A DNA stretch of 64,000 nucleotides, taken from the NCBI GenBank assembly GCA_963665325.3, contig CAXXWS020000003.1, positions 736,001 through 800,000 on the forward strand, in the 5' to 3' direction. Position 1 is the stretch's first letter. Every line of letters starts with the position of its first letter. The position numbers and the translations under genes are program-made. The notes under the pieces were generated by a model, which saw only the letters and a program-made list of their open reading frames with translations, ran no database searches and had not been told where the DNA came from. Below, one piece after another: positions 1 to 9,317 of the stretch. The stretch is from Alphaproteobacteria bacterium (GTDB taxonomy: Bacteria > Pseudomonadota > Alphaproteobacteria > Bin95).

Positions 1-1008
1 CCGGGCGATTTTCCCCGCCTGCATCGGATCGGCGACCGCCCAGGCGGCGGTATCGGCCCTGGCGCGGGCGATCCACTGCCGGAAGTCGCGCCAGGTTTCT
101 GCAGACGCCCGCTCCCGCGCGCAGACACGGGCGAGCGCCAGTTCGCGGCATTCGATCCAGCGGGCGAACAGGGCGGGATGGTTGACGATGAACGGGCCGA
201 GGCCGAGGCCGGTCGAATTGCCGATGCCGAGACGGCGGCGGAGCGCCCGGTCGAGCGGCACGGCGCCAGCTCCGCCCCTGGCCTGCGCCATGTAATCGAC
301 GAGATCGGCGACGAACTGCCGGATCATCCAGACCGTGAGCATCTCCATGCGGAACGGGCCGCCGAAACCGGCGCGGGCGGCATAGCGTTGGCGGTCCGCA
401 ATGCCGAACTTGCCGTTTCCGTAAACCGCGGTCGTTCGCATGACATAGCCGGTGTTGTCGATGCGCTCCGCGGCCGGCTGCCGCCCCGCCGCCAGGCAAT
501 CCACGACATGGTCGAACAGCCGGGCGCTCTTGTTGGTGCGGGAGAGGATCAGGTCGGTGTGGCGGTAGCGTCCGGCCTCCTGCTTTGGCACATTGGCGCG
601 CAAGCGGTCGATCTCGCTGTCGTCTGGAATGCCGTCATACAGGACGTAGGTCGTGTCCCAGGCCTCGGCGATCACCCGGTCGGTCCGCATTGCCGGGTCG
701 AGGTCGTGCGCGAAACAGACCAGCGAACAGGCCCGCTCCGGACCTCGCGCGGCATAGACTGCCGTGCCGGTGCCGTCGTCCCCGATCTCCCAGCGGTCGT
801 AGCCGAAGCGGTATCCGCCGGCCGCAACATGGCGCAGCGTTGCTCTGAGGAAACTCAGGCGGGTCTGGTGAAATGCGCCGAGGCGGGCGAGGCGCATGAC
901 CGTTTCCGGCGGCCGCAACCGGAGGTTGCGCTCCGCCTGGCCGTCTTCGACGGGACTGAGGTCTCCGGGGGCGTCCGGACCGGGCCGGCGTCTCGGGAAA
1001 TTGGACAT
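1..1008 (-). CDS. conserved hypothetical protein, runs off the left window edge
   Basis: Not in the ORF track because no stop lies inside the window. Read manually from ATG at 1008: MSNFPRR...LRPPETVMRLARLGAFHQTRLSFLR...RTDRVIAEAWD...GYVMRTTAVYGNGKFG...LGIGNSTGLGLGPFIVNHP. The frame is open to base 1 and has protein-like composition. Confidence 0.75.
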   Translation of the reverse strand, partial: MSNFPRRRPGPDAPGDLSPVEDGQAERNLRLRPPETVMRLARLGAFHQTRLSFLRATLRHVAAGGYRFGYDRWEIGDDGTGTAVYAARGPERACSLVCFAHDLDPAMRTDRVIAEAWDTTYVLYDGIPDDSEIDRLRANVPKQEAGRYRHTDLILSRTNKSARLFDHVVDCLAAGRQPAAERIDNTGYVMRTTAVYGNGKFGIADRQRYAARAGFGGPFRMEMLTVWMIRQFVADLVDYMAQARGGAGAVPLDRALRRRLGIGNSTGLGLGPFIVNHPALFARWIECRELALARVCARERASAETWRDFRQWIARARADTAAWAVADPMQAGKIAR

Positions 1009-1209
1009 GCTTTACACCCTCGGGCAGCCGCGCATTCCCGCCTTCCCACACGCCCGCTGCGCATCCGCCGGAAGGTCGAAACGGGCCGATCCTGACACAG
1101 GTCGGGGCCGATGCCGATACGGTCCGCGCCGGCCGGGCAGCCCACGCGGCCGGGCGTCGGGGGCCGGGTCGCTTCTGACGGGAACGAGGTCTCCGGGCCG
1201 AAGATTTTG

Positions 1210-1700
1210 GTTTGTTCAAGAAAATGGAAAAATTCCTGTAAGAGACTTAACCCCGGGAGGTTCCATACCAATATGAATCGGGCGGAAGGGACCGGCATTC
1301 GCGGGGCCGCATCGCCTTCCGTTTCGCGCCGGCGCGAAAAAACATCACGGGGAAACAGAGGGGAGACGTGCGCCCTGCGCCTGCCTCGTGCGCGCGCGCA
1401 ATCAGGCGCGCGAACCGCGCCGGCGCTAACGGGCGCCCGCGCCCGATACGCGCGGAAAAGGGTCCCGCCGGACCGGGAAACCGTGCGGCGGAGAGAATTG
1501 AGCGGAGACGGATCGAGAGGAGAGAGCGGTGCCGAACACGGGAAGCCGGGCAACCCGGACCATGACAAAACATGACATCTCATGATACCCGCGGCTCCCC
1601 CGGCGGCCGGAATGAAACGGAAGCGGCAGGGAGGATCGATGCAGGCAATACAAAACGGGGAAATTGACGGAACATGACAAAACATGACATTTCATGACAC
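1210..1700 (+). repeat. dispersed ~500-bp non-coding element, copy A
   Basis: Homologous to the reverse complement of about 10255-10832. Shared blocks: TGTTCA..AAAT..AA.ATT.CT, GGAGACGTGCGCCCTGCGC, GCGCAATCAGGCGCGCGAACCGCGCCGGCGCTAAC, GATACGCGCG..A.AGGGTCCC, and CATGAC triplets at 1561-1586 and 1673-1698. Confidence 0.85.
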
Positions 1701-1823
1701 GTCGCTGGAGTGGGCCCCTAAGGTCGGGCAAGGCTTCCGGCGCCCGTCCGTGCATTCCGTTGGCGGGGCCCCTGTGGCAGAGTGGGCGCCGCGCGAACGA
1801 CAGCGGCAGGGAGGGTCGGGACG

Positions 1824-2186
1824 ATGTTCAACAAGGGGCATCTGGAGTTCCACAGCGTCGATCTGGACTCTGGCTGGGAGGTCCCGGAGGGCTATCCGGC
1901 CGGCATCGAGCAGAAGATACTGGCCGGCGGGCTCGACGAGCCCGCCGGCCAGGGCAACCGCTCGCGCCTGCTGCGCTTCGCGCCGGGCGCCTTCACCACA
2001 GAGCCCTTCGTCCACGACTACTGGGAGGAGGTCTATCTGCTCTCGGGCGACCTTGCCGTCGGCGTCGGGAAGGATGCGGAGACATTCGCGCCCAACACCT
2101 ATGCCTGCCGACCGCCCGGCGCCTATCACGGCCCGTTCCGCTCCGATGGCGGGTGCATGCTGCTCGAAATCCACTATTACGCCTGA
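1824..2186 (+). CDS. cupin domain protein (ChrR-like)
   Basis: MFNKGHLEFH...HDYWEEVYLLSGDL...YACRPPGAYHGPF, which are cupin His/Glu motifs. ATG at 1824 is preceded by GGAGGG. Confidence 0.85.
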   Translation: MFNKGHLEFHSVDLDSGWEVPEGYPAGIEQKILAGGLDEPAGQGNRSRLLRFAPGAFTTEPFVHDYWEEVYLLSGDLAVGVGKDAETFAPNTYACRPPGAYHGPFRSDGGCMLLEIHYYA

Positions 2187-2415
2187 AGCCGGAACCGCAA
2201 ATTACCCGCATCCGCGCCCTATTTGCGCCCCAATTGGCAGCCATTGTCCCGGCCGGTGGCGGGGCTTCCCCGGTCCCGGCGCCGCATATGTCGCCATATT
2301 CTCCTCCCTGTGCCTTGCGGCCGGCATGGACCCTGTCCATGCCGGCCTTTTCCTTGCGCTGCGCGAGCGTACAGCCTTGCATCGGCGTGCGGGGACGGCG
2401 AGGCTTGGCAGGGAC

Positions 2416-3921
2416 ATGATTGCGCTTACCGGCTTCATCGACTTCCACGCCCGGCGGACGCCGGACCGAGAGGCGCTCGTATTCGAGGATCTGCGCCTCG
2501 GCTACGGCGCGCTCCGGGACAACATGACCGCGATGGCCGGCAGGCTGGCGGCCTTCGGCCTGGGCCCCGGCGATGTCGTTGCCGCCTGCCTCAGGAACAG
2601 CCCCGCCTTCTACGACCTCGCCTTCGCGGCGAGCCATATCGGCGCAATCTTCCTGCCGCTCAACTACCGCCTCGCGGCCGACGAAATCGCCTGGATACTC
2701 GACCATGCGCGCGCGCGGCACCTGTTCGCCGACGCCGATCTGGACGCCGCCACCGTCGCGGCGGAGGCGGCGGGCGCCCCCTTCACCGCGCTCGACGCGG
2801 AGACCGCGCGCGACAGCCGGCGGTTGAGCGCCGGGGCGGAGGCGGCGCCCATGGCCGAAGCCACGCCGGACGATGTTTTCCGCCTCATGTACACCTCCGG
2901 CACCACCGACCGGCCGAAGGGCGTACAGCACAGCTACGCGAACTTCTACTGGAAATGCATGGACCAGACGGCGGCGCTCGGCGGCATGCCCGACGACCGG
3001 TTGCTGGTGGTCGGGCCGCTCTACCATGTCGGCGGCTTCGACCTGCCGGGCGTGGATGTCTGGCGCAGGGGCGGCTGCATCGTGCTGCACCGCGAGGCCC
3101 GGCCGCGCGCCATTCTGGAGGCGATTGAGGCCGAGCGCGTCACCGGCGCCTGGCTCGCCCCCACGGTCTCCAATGGCGTGCTGGCCGAGCCGGACCTCGG
3201 GCGTTTCGACACCAGCGCGTTGCAATGGATCATCGGCGGCGGCGAGCGCACGCCGGAGACGCGCATCCGTGAGTTTGCCGCCGCCTTTCCGGGCGCCCGC
3301 TATATCGATGCCTACGGACTGACGGAGAGCGTTGGCGGCGACACGCTGATGGAGGCGGGGCGGGAGCTGGAGAAGATCGGCTCAGTCGGTCGCGCCATTG
3401 CCCATGTCGAAGTCACGGTGCGCGACGGGGTCGGACGCGCGCTCGCGCCGGGCGACGAGGGCGAAATCTGCCTGAGAGGTCCGAAGATCACGCACGGCTA
3501 CTGGCGCGACCCGGAGCGCACGGCCGAGGCCTTTTTCGGCGACCGGCTCAGAACCGGCGATGTCGGCTATCTGGACGAGGAGGGCTTTCTCTACCTGACC
3601 GACCGGCGCAAGGACATGATCCTTTCCGGCGGCGAGAACATCGCCTCATCGGAGATCGAGCGGGTGCTCTATGAGCACGATGCCGTGCATGAGGCTGCGG
3701 CCATCGGCCTGCCGGACGCGCGCTGGGGCGAGCGCCCGGTCGCGGTCGTCGCGCTCCGGCCCGGCGCCGGGCTGACGCTGGAAGAGTTGCAGCACCATTG
3801 CCGCGAGAGCCTCGCCGGCTTCAAGGTGCCCAAGGAACTCCACCTCCGGCCCGCGCTTCCCCGCAACCCCTCCGGCAAGGTCCTGAAACGCCTCTTGCGC
3901 GAGGAGCTGGGGCGCGGTTAG
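2416..3921 (+). CDS. AMP-binding acyl-CoA synthetase
   Basis: YTSGTTDRPKG, AYGLTE, LRTGDVG, SGGENI and PRNPSGKV adenylate-forming motifs. Start taken as MIALTGF (ATG 2416) rather than the 1684 ORF start. Confidence 0.93.
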   Translation: MIALTGFIDFHARRTPDREALVFEDLRLGYGALRDNMTAMAGRLAAFGLGPGDVVAACLRNSPAFYDLAFAASHIGAIFLPLNYRLAADEIAWILDHARARHLFADADLDAATVAAEAAGAPFTALDAETARDSRRLSAGAEAAPMAEATPDDVFRLMYTSGTTDRPKGVQHSYANFYWKCMDQTAALGGMPDDRLLVVGPLYHVGGFDLPGVDVWRRGGCIVLHREARPRAILEAIEAERVTGAWLAPTVSNGVLAEPDLGRFDTSALQWIIGGGERTPETRIREFAAAFPGARYIDAYGLTESVGGDTLMEAGRELEKIGSVGRAIAHVEVTVRDGVGRALAPGDEGEICLRGPKITHGYWRDPERTAEAFFGDRLRTGDVGYLDEEGFLYLTDRRKDMILSGGENIASSEIERVLYEHDAVHEAAAIGLPDARWGERPVAVVALRPGAGLTLEELQHHCRESLAGFKVPKELHLRPALPRNPSGKVLKRLLREELGRG

Positions 3922-3950
3922 GGTAGAACACAGATGTAGCTTTCTACCCT
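3920..3950. promoter_or_regulatory. inverted repeat, likely vapBC autoregulatory operator
   Basis: AGGGTAGAA-N13-TTCTACCCT is a perfect 9-bp inverted repeat ending 11 nt before the antitoxin ATG. Confidence 0.55.
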
Positions 3951-3961
3951 GGGCAATTGCG

Positions 3962-4219
3962 ATGAGCCTGAATATCAAGAACGAGGAAACCTGCCGGCTC
4001 GCCGCCGAGCTGGCCGGCCTCACCGGCGAGACCAAGACCGGCGCGATAACCGCAGCGCTGCGGGAGCGGCTGGAGCGGGAAAGGCGCCGCCTCGATGCAA
4101 AGGCCCGGGCTGACAAGATGGTTGCCATCGGTCGGCGCTTTGCGGCGCGGATGGGTCCGGGCCCGTCTGCCGTGGAACATGGGGACTTCCTTTACGACGA
4201 GCACGGACTGCCGCGGTGA
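3962..4219 (+). CDS. vapB: VapB antitoxin (Rv0623-like)
   Basis: MSLNIKNEETCRLAAELAGLTGETKTGAI...LYDEHGLPR signature; overlaps the PIN toxin start (GTGA). Confidence 0.9.
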   Translation: MSLNIKNEETCRLAAELAGLTGETKTGAITAALRERLERERRRLDAKARADKMVAIGRRFAARMGPGPSAVEHGDFLYDEHGLPR

Positions 4220-4602
4220 TCGTCGACAGCTCCGCCATTCTGGCCATTCTTTTCCACGAGGCGGACGCTCGACACTATGCGGATGCGATAGCGGCAGCGA
4301 GTCCGTGCCGCATGTCGGTCGCTACTATCCTGGAGACCTGCATGGTTGCGGAAAGCCGCGGCGGGGCAGTCGCGGCCGACAATCTCGACGCCCTTCTGGA
4401 AAGCGCCGGAATCGAGCCCGTGCCGGTGACGGTGGAGCAGATGAAGGCCGCCCGGCAGGCCTGGCAGCGCTTCGGCAGGGGCAACCATCGGGCCGCGCTG
4501 AATTTCGGCGATTGCTTCGCCTATGCGCTTGCCAGCGTCACGGGCGAGCCATTGCTGTTCAAGGGTGAGGACTTCCCGCAGACCGACATAGCGGCCGCGT
4601 AG
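4216..4602 (+). CDS. vapC: VapC PIN-domain toxin
   Basis: IVDSSAILAI...E...LNFGDCFAYALA...LLFKGEDF PIN motifs. Confidence 0.93.
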   Translation: MIVDSSAILAILFHEADARHYADAIAAASPCRMSVATILETCMVAESRGGAVAADNLDALLESAGIEPVPVTVEQMKAARQAWQRFGRGNHRAALNFGDCFAYALASVTGEPLLFKGEDFPQTDIAAA

Positions 4603-4604
4603 GC

Positions 4605-5315
4605 TTACCAGGTTTCGCCGAAGGGGCGGAGCTCGACGGTGAAGGACCATGCGGAGCGGTCCTGGTGGGCGACGCGGAACATCTCTTCGGCTATCGCCAC
4701 CGGCTTGGCGAAATACTCGTCGGGCGCGTCGGGCGCGATGAAGGGGCGGGTGCGCGGCGTGTCGATGGCGGCATCGACGATGAAATAGGCAACATGGATG
4801 CCCTGCGGCCCGAACTCGCGCGCAATGGACTCCGCGAGGATGCGCTGCGCCGCCTTGGTCGAGGCGAAGAAGCCCCAATGCGCCTTGCCGCGCGTGGCCG
4901 AGGTGTTGCCCGTGATCAGCAATGCGCCGCCGCCTGCCTCCAGCATGCCCGGAAGCGTCTCGCGGGCGAGGTGCAGGAGCGCCGTCGCGTTCACGCGGAA
5001 ATTGCGTTCGAGGTCCTCCGGATCCTGCTCCAGGAAGGGCCCCCGCGTGCTCCTGAGCGCGTTGTGCACGACGACCGTCGGCGGGCCGAGCCGCTCGCGC
5101 ACGGCCGCCACGGTCGCGTTGAGCGCATCGAGGTCGCCCACATCGCAGGGGAAAGCGGTGGCGTTCTCGATATCGGCCTCCAGCGCGGCCAGCCGCTCCG
5201 CGTCGCGTGCGAGCATGGCGGTCAGGTAGCCGCCCTCGGCGAAGCGCCGGGCGATTTCGGCGCCCGTGCCCCCGTCTGGGCCGACGCCGGTGACGAGCGC
5301 GACCAGCTGGCTCAT
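4605..5315 (-). CDS. short-chain dehydrogenase/reductase
   Basis: MSQLVALVTGVGPDGGTGAEIARRF, VVVHNA, FASTKAAQRILAESIARE, IHVAYFIVDAAID. Confidence 0.88.
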   Translation of the reverse strand: MSQLVALVTGVGPDGGTGAEIARRFAEGGYLTAMLARDAERLAALEADIENATAFPCDVGDLDALNATVAAVRERLGPPTVVVHNALRSTRGPFLEQDPEDLERNFRVNATALLHLARETLPGMLEAGGGALLITGNTSATRGKAHWGFFASTKAAQRILAESIAREFGPQGIHVAYFIVDAAIDTPRTRPFIAPDAPDEYFAKPVAIAEEMFRVAHQDRSAWSFTVELRPFGETW

Positions 5316-6151
5316 GCGCGTTTCCTCTCGGGGGTTTCGGTTTCGAGCACATAGCCGTCGAGGTCGGCGGCGAAGGCGGGCAGGCGGCGCAGGCGGTCGA
5401 AATGGGCGTGCGCGTGGGGGTGGTCGCCGGGCCGGTAAATGGGCTCGAGGCCGCAGTCCGCCAGCCGGTCGGCCATGCGCTCCTCGCGGCGGAATTGCGC
5501 GAAGTCGCAGACGAAGGCGATATCGGCGATGGAGAACGGGCCCGCCAGCCCCTCGCCGCCGAGCCTCGCGGCATTGTCGATGCCGTCCATGTAGAAGGCG
5601 TAGGCCTCGCGCATCCGGTCCGACAGTTCCCGCGAAGCCTTGCGGGGCACGAGCGCCAACAGATAGGCCTGCGCCTCGCGCGCGAAGATGAGCCCCGCAT
5701 CCAGGAAGCTGTCGATCCGCGCGGCCTCGTAAGGCCCGTCGCCGTAAAGCCCGCCGGCCGCCGCGCCCAACGCGGCAAGTTCTTCCGTCTGGCGGCGTTC
5801 GAGCGCCGCCGCGCGGGCGACCGCGCGCAGGATGCTGTTCGATTCGAACACGCCCGTCGCGCCCGCCGGGTCGAACGCCGCCGGCACGGTGCCGAACGGA
5901 TGGGCGGCGAGGAAGGCGTCCGTCTTGTAGAGCATGGCGTCGAAGCCGCGCTTGCTCGCCCGCGCATGGGGGTTGTTCGGTGTCTTCTCGGCCTCTTCGA
6001 GCGGACGCGCATCGAAGTCCCAGAGCCAGCCCGGCAGCGCCTTCGGCCGGTCGCCCACGACCTCGACCTCGACGCCGAGCAGCCTTGCGGCGATCGTCGC
6101 CTTCCAGACGCGCGGATTGGGCAGGTACGAGAAAATCCTGAGCACCGCCAT
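5312..6151 (-). CDS. glutathione S-transferase family protein
   Basis: MAVLRIFSYLPNPRVWKATIAA, HPFGTVPA, VFESNSILRAVA, SIADIAF. Overlaps the SDR start. Confidence 0.85.
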   Translation of the reverse strand: MAVLRIFSYLPNPRVWKATIAARLLGVEVEVVGDRPKALPGWLWDFDARPLEEAEKTPNNPHARASKRGFDAMLYKTDAFLAAHPFGTVPAAFDPAGATGVFESNSILRAVARAAALERRQTEELAALGAAAGGLYGDGPYEAARIDSFLDAGLIFAREAQAYLLALVPRKASRELSDRMREAYAFYMDGIDNAARLGGEGLAGPFSIADIAFVCDFAQFRREERMADRLADCGLEPIYRPGDHPHAHAHFDRLRRLPAFAADLDGYVLETETPERKRA

Positions 6152-6286
6152 GGCAGACGTCCCTTCTCGCCTCGGTTTTCGGAGCCGCCCGCACTCTGCC
6201 ATGAAAGCCGCCGGCCCTGCCAGCCGCTTGGCCGGTCCCGGCCTCAGCGCTACTCTCGCGGCAGGCAGGAAGGGGAGGCTTCTTCC

Positions 6287-7192
6287 ATGCGCACGACCCG
6301 GCGGGCGGTTCTGGCCGGCGCTGGCGCGGCGCTTGCGGCGCCTGCGTTTGGCGCCGTGGCTGGCGAAGTGGTCGTCAAGCGGATTCCGGCGACCGGGGAG
6401 CAGGTGTCGGCGGTCGGGCTCGGAAGCTGGATCACCTTCAATGTCGGCACCGACCCGGTGCTGCGCGCCGAATGCCGCGCCGTGATGGCGGCGTTCTTCG
6501 AGGCGGGCGGGGGCATGATCGATTCCTCGCCCATGTACGGCTCCTCGCAAGAGGTGATCGGCGACGCGCTCGCCAAACTCGGCCGCCCGGCGGGCCTCTT
6601 TTCCGCCGACAAGGTCTGGACCCGCGCCACCGACGGTCCGGCGCAGATTGCGGAAACGGCGCGGCGCTGGAACGTCGAGCGCTTCGACCTGTTCCAGGTC
6701 CACAACCTGATCGACTGGGAGCGGAACCTCGACACGCTCGCCGCGATGAAGGAAGCCGGCGCGCTGCGCTATACCGGCGTCACCACATCGCACGGCCGCC
6801 GGCATGCCGAGCTGGAAGAGGTCATGCGGCGCCGTCCGCCCGATTTCGTCCAGCTCACCTACAACATCGTGGACCGCGAGGCGGAACGCCGCCTGCTGCC
6901 GCTCGCGCTGGAGCGCGGCATCGCGGTCATATGCAACCGGCCGTTCCAGCGCGGGCGGCTGCCGAACCGGCTCGCAGGCCGCCCGCTGCCCGGCTGGGCC
7001 AGGGAGATCGGCGTCTCCACCTGGCCGCAATTCCTGCTGAAATTCATCGTCTCCCATCCGGCGGTCACCGCCGCGATTCCCGCCACCCGGCAGGTGGACC
7101 ATCTGCGCGAGAACAAGTCCGCGGCCTTCGGCCCCATGCCGGATGCGGCCATGCGCCGGCGTATGGCAGAGCATGTGCTTGAGGCCGGATAG
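6287..7192 (+). CDS. aldo/keto reductase with twin-arginine leader
   Basis: MRTTRRAVLAG leader; VGLGSW, IDSSPMYG, DLFQVHNL, DFVQLTYN, AAIPAT. Confidence 0.9.
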   Translation: MRTTRRAVLAGAGAALAAPAFGAVAGEVVVKRIPATGEQVSAVGLGSWITFNVGTDPVLRAECRAVMAAFFEAGGGMIDSSPMYGSSQEVIGDALAKLGRPAGLFSADKVWTRATDGPAQIAETARRWNVERFDLFQVHNLIDWERNLDTLAAMKEAGALRYTGVTTSHGRRHAELEEVMRRRPPDFVQLTYNIVDREAERRLLPLALERGIAVICNRPFQRGRLPNRLAGRPLPGWAREIGVSTWPQFLLKFIVSHPAVTAAIPATRQVDHLRENKSAAFGPMPDAAMRRRMAEHVLEAG

Positions 7193-7201
7193 CGGCCTGC
7201 G

Positions 7202-7852
7202 ATGGACGGGCTCCGATCGCTCGAAGACCTGCTGTTGTTCGAGCCGCGCGTCTATTGGCGGCTCTTCGCGCTGGAGAACGAGGCACTCTGGCCCGCCCAG
7301 CCGGTGCTGCTCGCGGCGGGCGGGCTGCTCGTCCTCTGCCTTCTCTCGGGGCGGCGACCATCCGGTCGTTGGCTCGGCCCGGCGCTCGGCGCAGCCTGGC
7401 TCTGGACCGGCTGGCAGTTCGTGGCGCTACGCTACGGCGCGGTCAACTGGGCCGCGCCGGCGTTCGCCTGGGGCTTCTACGCCGAAGCCATGCTTGTCGC
7501 CGCACTCGGCCTCTCGGGCCGACTCGTCCCGGATCGGCGGCGGCGCACCTGGCCCGGTATCGGCCTGCTGGCTGCGGCGCTGTTCGCCTGGCCGTTTCTG
7601 GCGCCGCTCGACGGACGGCCCTGGGGCCAGGCGGAGGTCTTTGCGATTGCGCCCGACCCGACCGCCATCGCCACGCTCGGCCTGCTGGCGCTTGCCGTTC
7701 GCAGCCGGTGGACGGCGCTGCTGTGTATCGCGCCGGCGCTCTGGCTCGCGGCGTCGGCGCTGACGCTGTTCACCATGGGCGCCTGGCAGGGATGGGCAGT
7801 GCTCGCAGCGCTCATCGCCGGCCTCGCCGCGCGAATCCTCCCGTTGCGTTGA
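7202..7852 (+). CDS. integral membrane protein (DUF6064-like)
   Basis: LEDLLLFEPRVYWRLF start, multiple hydrophobic helices, AEVFAIAPDPTAIATLG motif. Confidence 0.7.
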   Translation: MDGLRSLEDLLLFEPRVYWRLFALENEALWPAQPVLLAAGGLLVLCLLSGRRPSGRWLGPALGAAWLWTGWQFVALRYGAVNWAAPAFAWGFYAEAMLVAALGLSGRLVPDRRRRTWPGIGLLAAALFAWPFLAPLDGRPWGQAEVFAIAPDPTAIATLGLLALAVRSRWTALLCIAPALWLAASALTLFTMGAWQGWAVLAALIAGLAARILPLR

Positions 7853-7869
7853 GACCCGCTGCAACCGCC

Positions 7870-8748
7870 TCAGGCGAGCGCGGTCTCGAACAGGGCCAGC
7901 ATCCGGCTCCAGGCCCGCTCCGCCTGCGCCTCGTTGTAAACGGCGGAATCCGGCGGGCACCAGCCATGCAGCGTGTCCGCATAGACCTCGATTTCCGCTG
8001 GCAGTTCGGCCGCGTCGAAGGCTTCCCGAAGCGCGGTCTTGGCCCCCGGGTCCTTCGCGTCGTCGTTCTCCGCGATTGCGAACAGGTAGTGTGCCCGCAG
8101 CTTCCCGACGAGAAGGTGCGGGCTGTCGGGCTTGTCCGTCACGAGCCTGCCGCCGTGGAATGAGGCGCCGGCGCCGATCCGGTCGGGGAAAGCCGCCGCG
8201 GTGCGCATGGTCATGGAGCCGCCCATGCAATAGCCCGTCGTTCCCATCTTGCGGCTGCTTGCCACCGCGTCCTGCCCGTCGAGGAAACCTACGAAGGCCG
8301 TCGCGTCCGTCACGGTCCTCTCGGGGGTCAGCGAGCGCATCAGGGGAAAGACCTTCTTGCGCGTCGCTTCGTCCCGGAACGAGGCGCCCTCCGGCAGCAC
8401 CGGCGCCTTCTCCGTGCGGTAGTAGGGATTGACGACCAGCACCGCATAGCCCGACTCGGCCAGCCGCCGCCCCATCTGCTCGAAGGCGGGCCTGAGGCCG
8501 AGCGCATCGGGCCAGATCAGGATGCCCGGATGAGCGCCGCCCGCAGGATGTGCGAAATAGCAGTCCGCCGTGCCGTCGGGCGTCGGCACCTCGACATTCG
8601 CGGCGGTCACGTCCAGCGCGTTTGCCGTCCGGGGCAACAGCATGGCCATCCCCGCCCCGACCGAAAGCGCCCCGAATTCGCGCCGGGTCAGCCTTCCCGA
8701 CCGGCTGAGATAGGCCTCCTCGTCACGCAATGTTTTCTCGTCGCACAT
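7870..8748 (-). CDS. dienelactone hydrolase family protein, Tat signal
   Basis: MCDEKT...LTRREFGAL, GYCMGG nucleophile elbow, ASFHGG, HGWCPPDS. Confidence 0.9.
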   Translation of the reverse strand: MCDEKTLRDEEAYLSRSGRLTRREFGALSVGAGMAMLLPRTANALDVTAANVEVPTPDGTADCYFAHPAGGAHPGILIWPDALGLRPAFEQMGRRLAESGYAVLVVNPYYRTEKAPVLPEGASFRDEATRKKVFPLMRSLTPERTVTDATAFVGFLDGQDAVASSRKMGTTGYCMGGSMTMRTAAAFPDRIGAGASFHGGRLVTDKPDSPHLLVGKLRAHYLFAIAENDDAKDPGAKTALREAFDAAELPAEIEVYADTLHGWCPPDSAVYNEAQAERAWSRMLALFETALA

Positions 8749-8765
8749 GGTTGCCTCCCGTCTGG

Positions 8766-9317
8766 CTATGGTTCCCCGTGCCGGGCGAGGTCCTCGACGC
8801 AGCGCTCCAGCGTAAACACATGCGCGTCGTCGATGCCGAGTCGGCGCAATTCGCCCGCAAGCTTCCTCAGATAGTCGATATTGGTGCCGCTCGGACCCGC
8901 CGAGCCGGCGATATGCGCGGCCATCTCCGGCAGGGGCGCCGGGCCCAGGTAAGCGCGGTTTCCGACCGGCGCGACATAGAGAACGCCCTCGGCCGCCGTG
9001 CCGTCGCGGAACTCCAGCCGCACGGCCTCGCGCCGGTAGCCGTTCTTCTCCCGGTGGTCCAGATCGGCCCAGGTTTTCTGCAACTGCACCCCGTCGACGA
9101 AATAGGCCACACCTTCGCAGCATGCGTCCGCATCGGGCACGAGCGTCGCCACCCGGCCGGGCGCATGCGGCACGCCGCGATGGTCGTGCGATCCCTGCCA
9201 GAACCGCCGTTTCCAGCCGCACACCCGCGCAACCCGGGATTCGAGGAACGGGATGTCCGGCCGCCAGATCAGCGAGCCGTAGCCGAACACCCAGGCGCCG
9301 TCCGCCGCCCCGTTCAT
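8766..9317 (-). CDS. chaC: gamma-glutamylcyclotransferase (ChaC family)
   Basis: WVFGYGSLIW, DHRGVPHAPGRVATL, LDHREKNGY, GPSGTNIDYL. Confidence 0.9.
   Translation of the reverse strand: MNGAADGAWVFGYGSLIWRPDIPFLESRVARVCGWKRRFWQGSHDHRGVPHAPGRVATLVPDADACCEGVAYFVDGVQLQKTWADLDHREKNGYRREAVRLEFRDGTAAEGVLYVAPVGNRAYLGPAPLPEMAAHIAGSAGPSGTNIDYLRKLAGELRRLGIDDAHVFTLERCVEDLARHGEP

Noticed and set aside
1684-2415. 745-aa ORF start suggesting an N-terminally extended acyl-CoA synthetase
   Set aside because: The extension overlaps the cupin gene in another frame and is low-complexity; the family-like sequence starts at ATG 2416.
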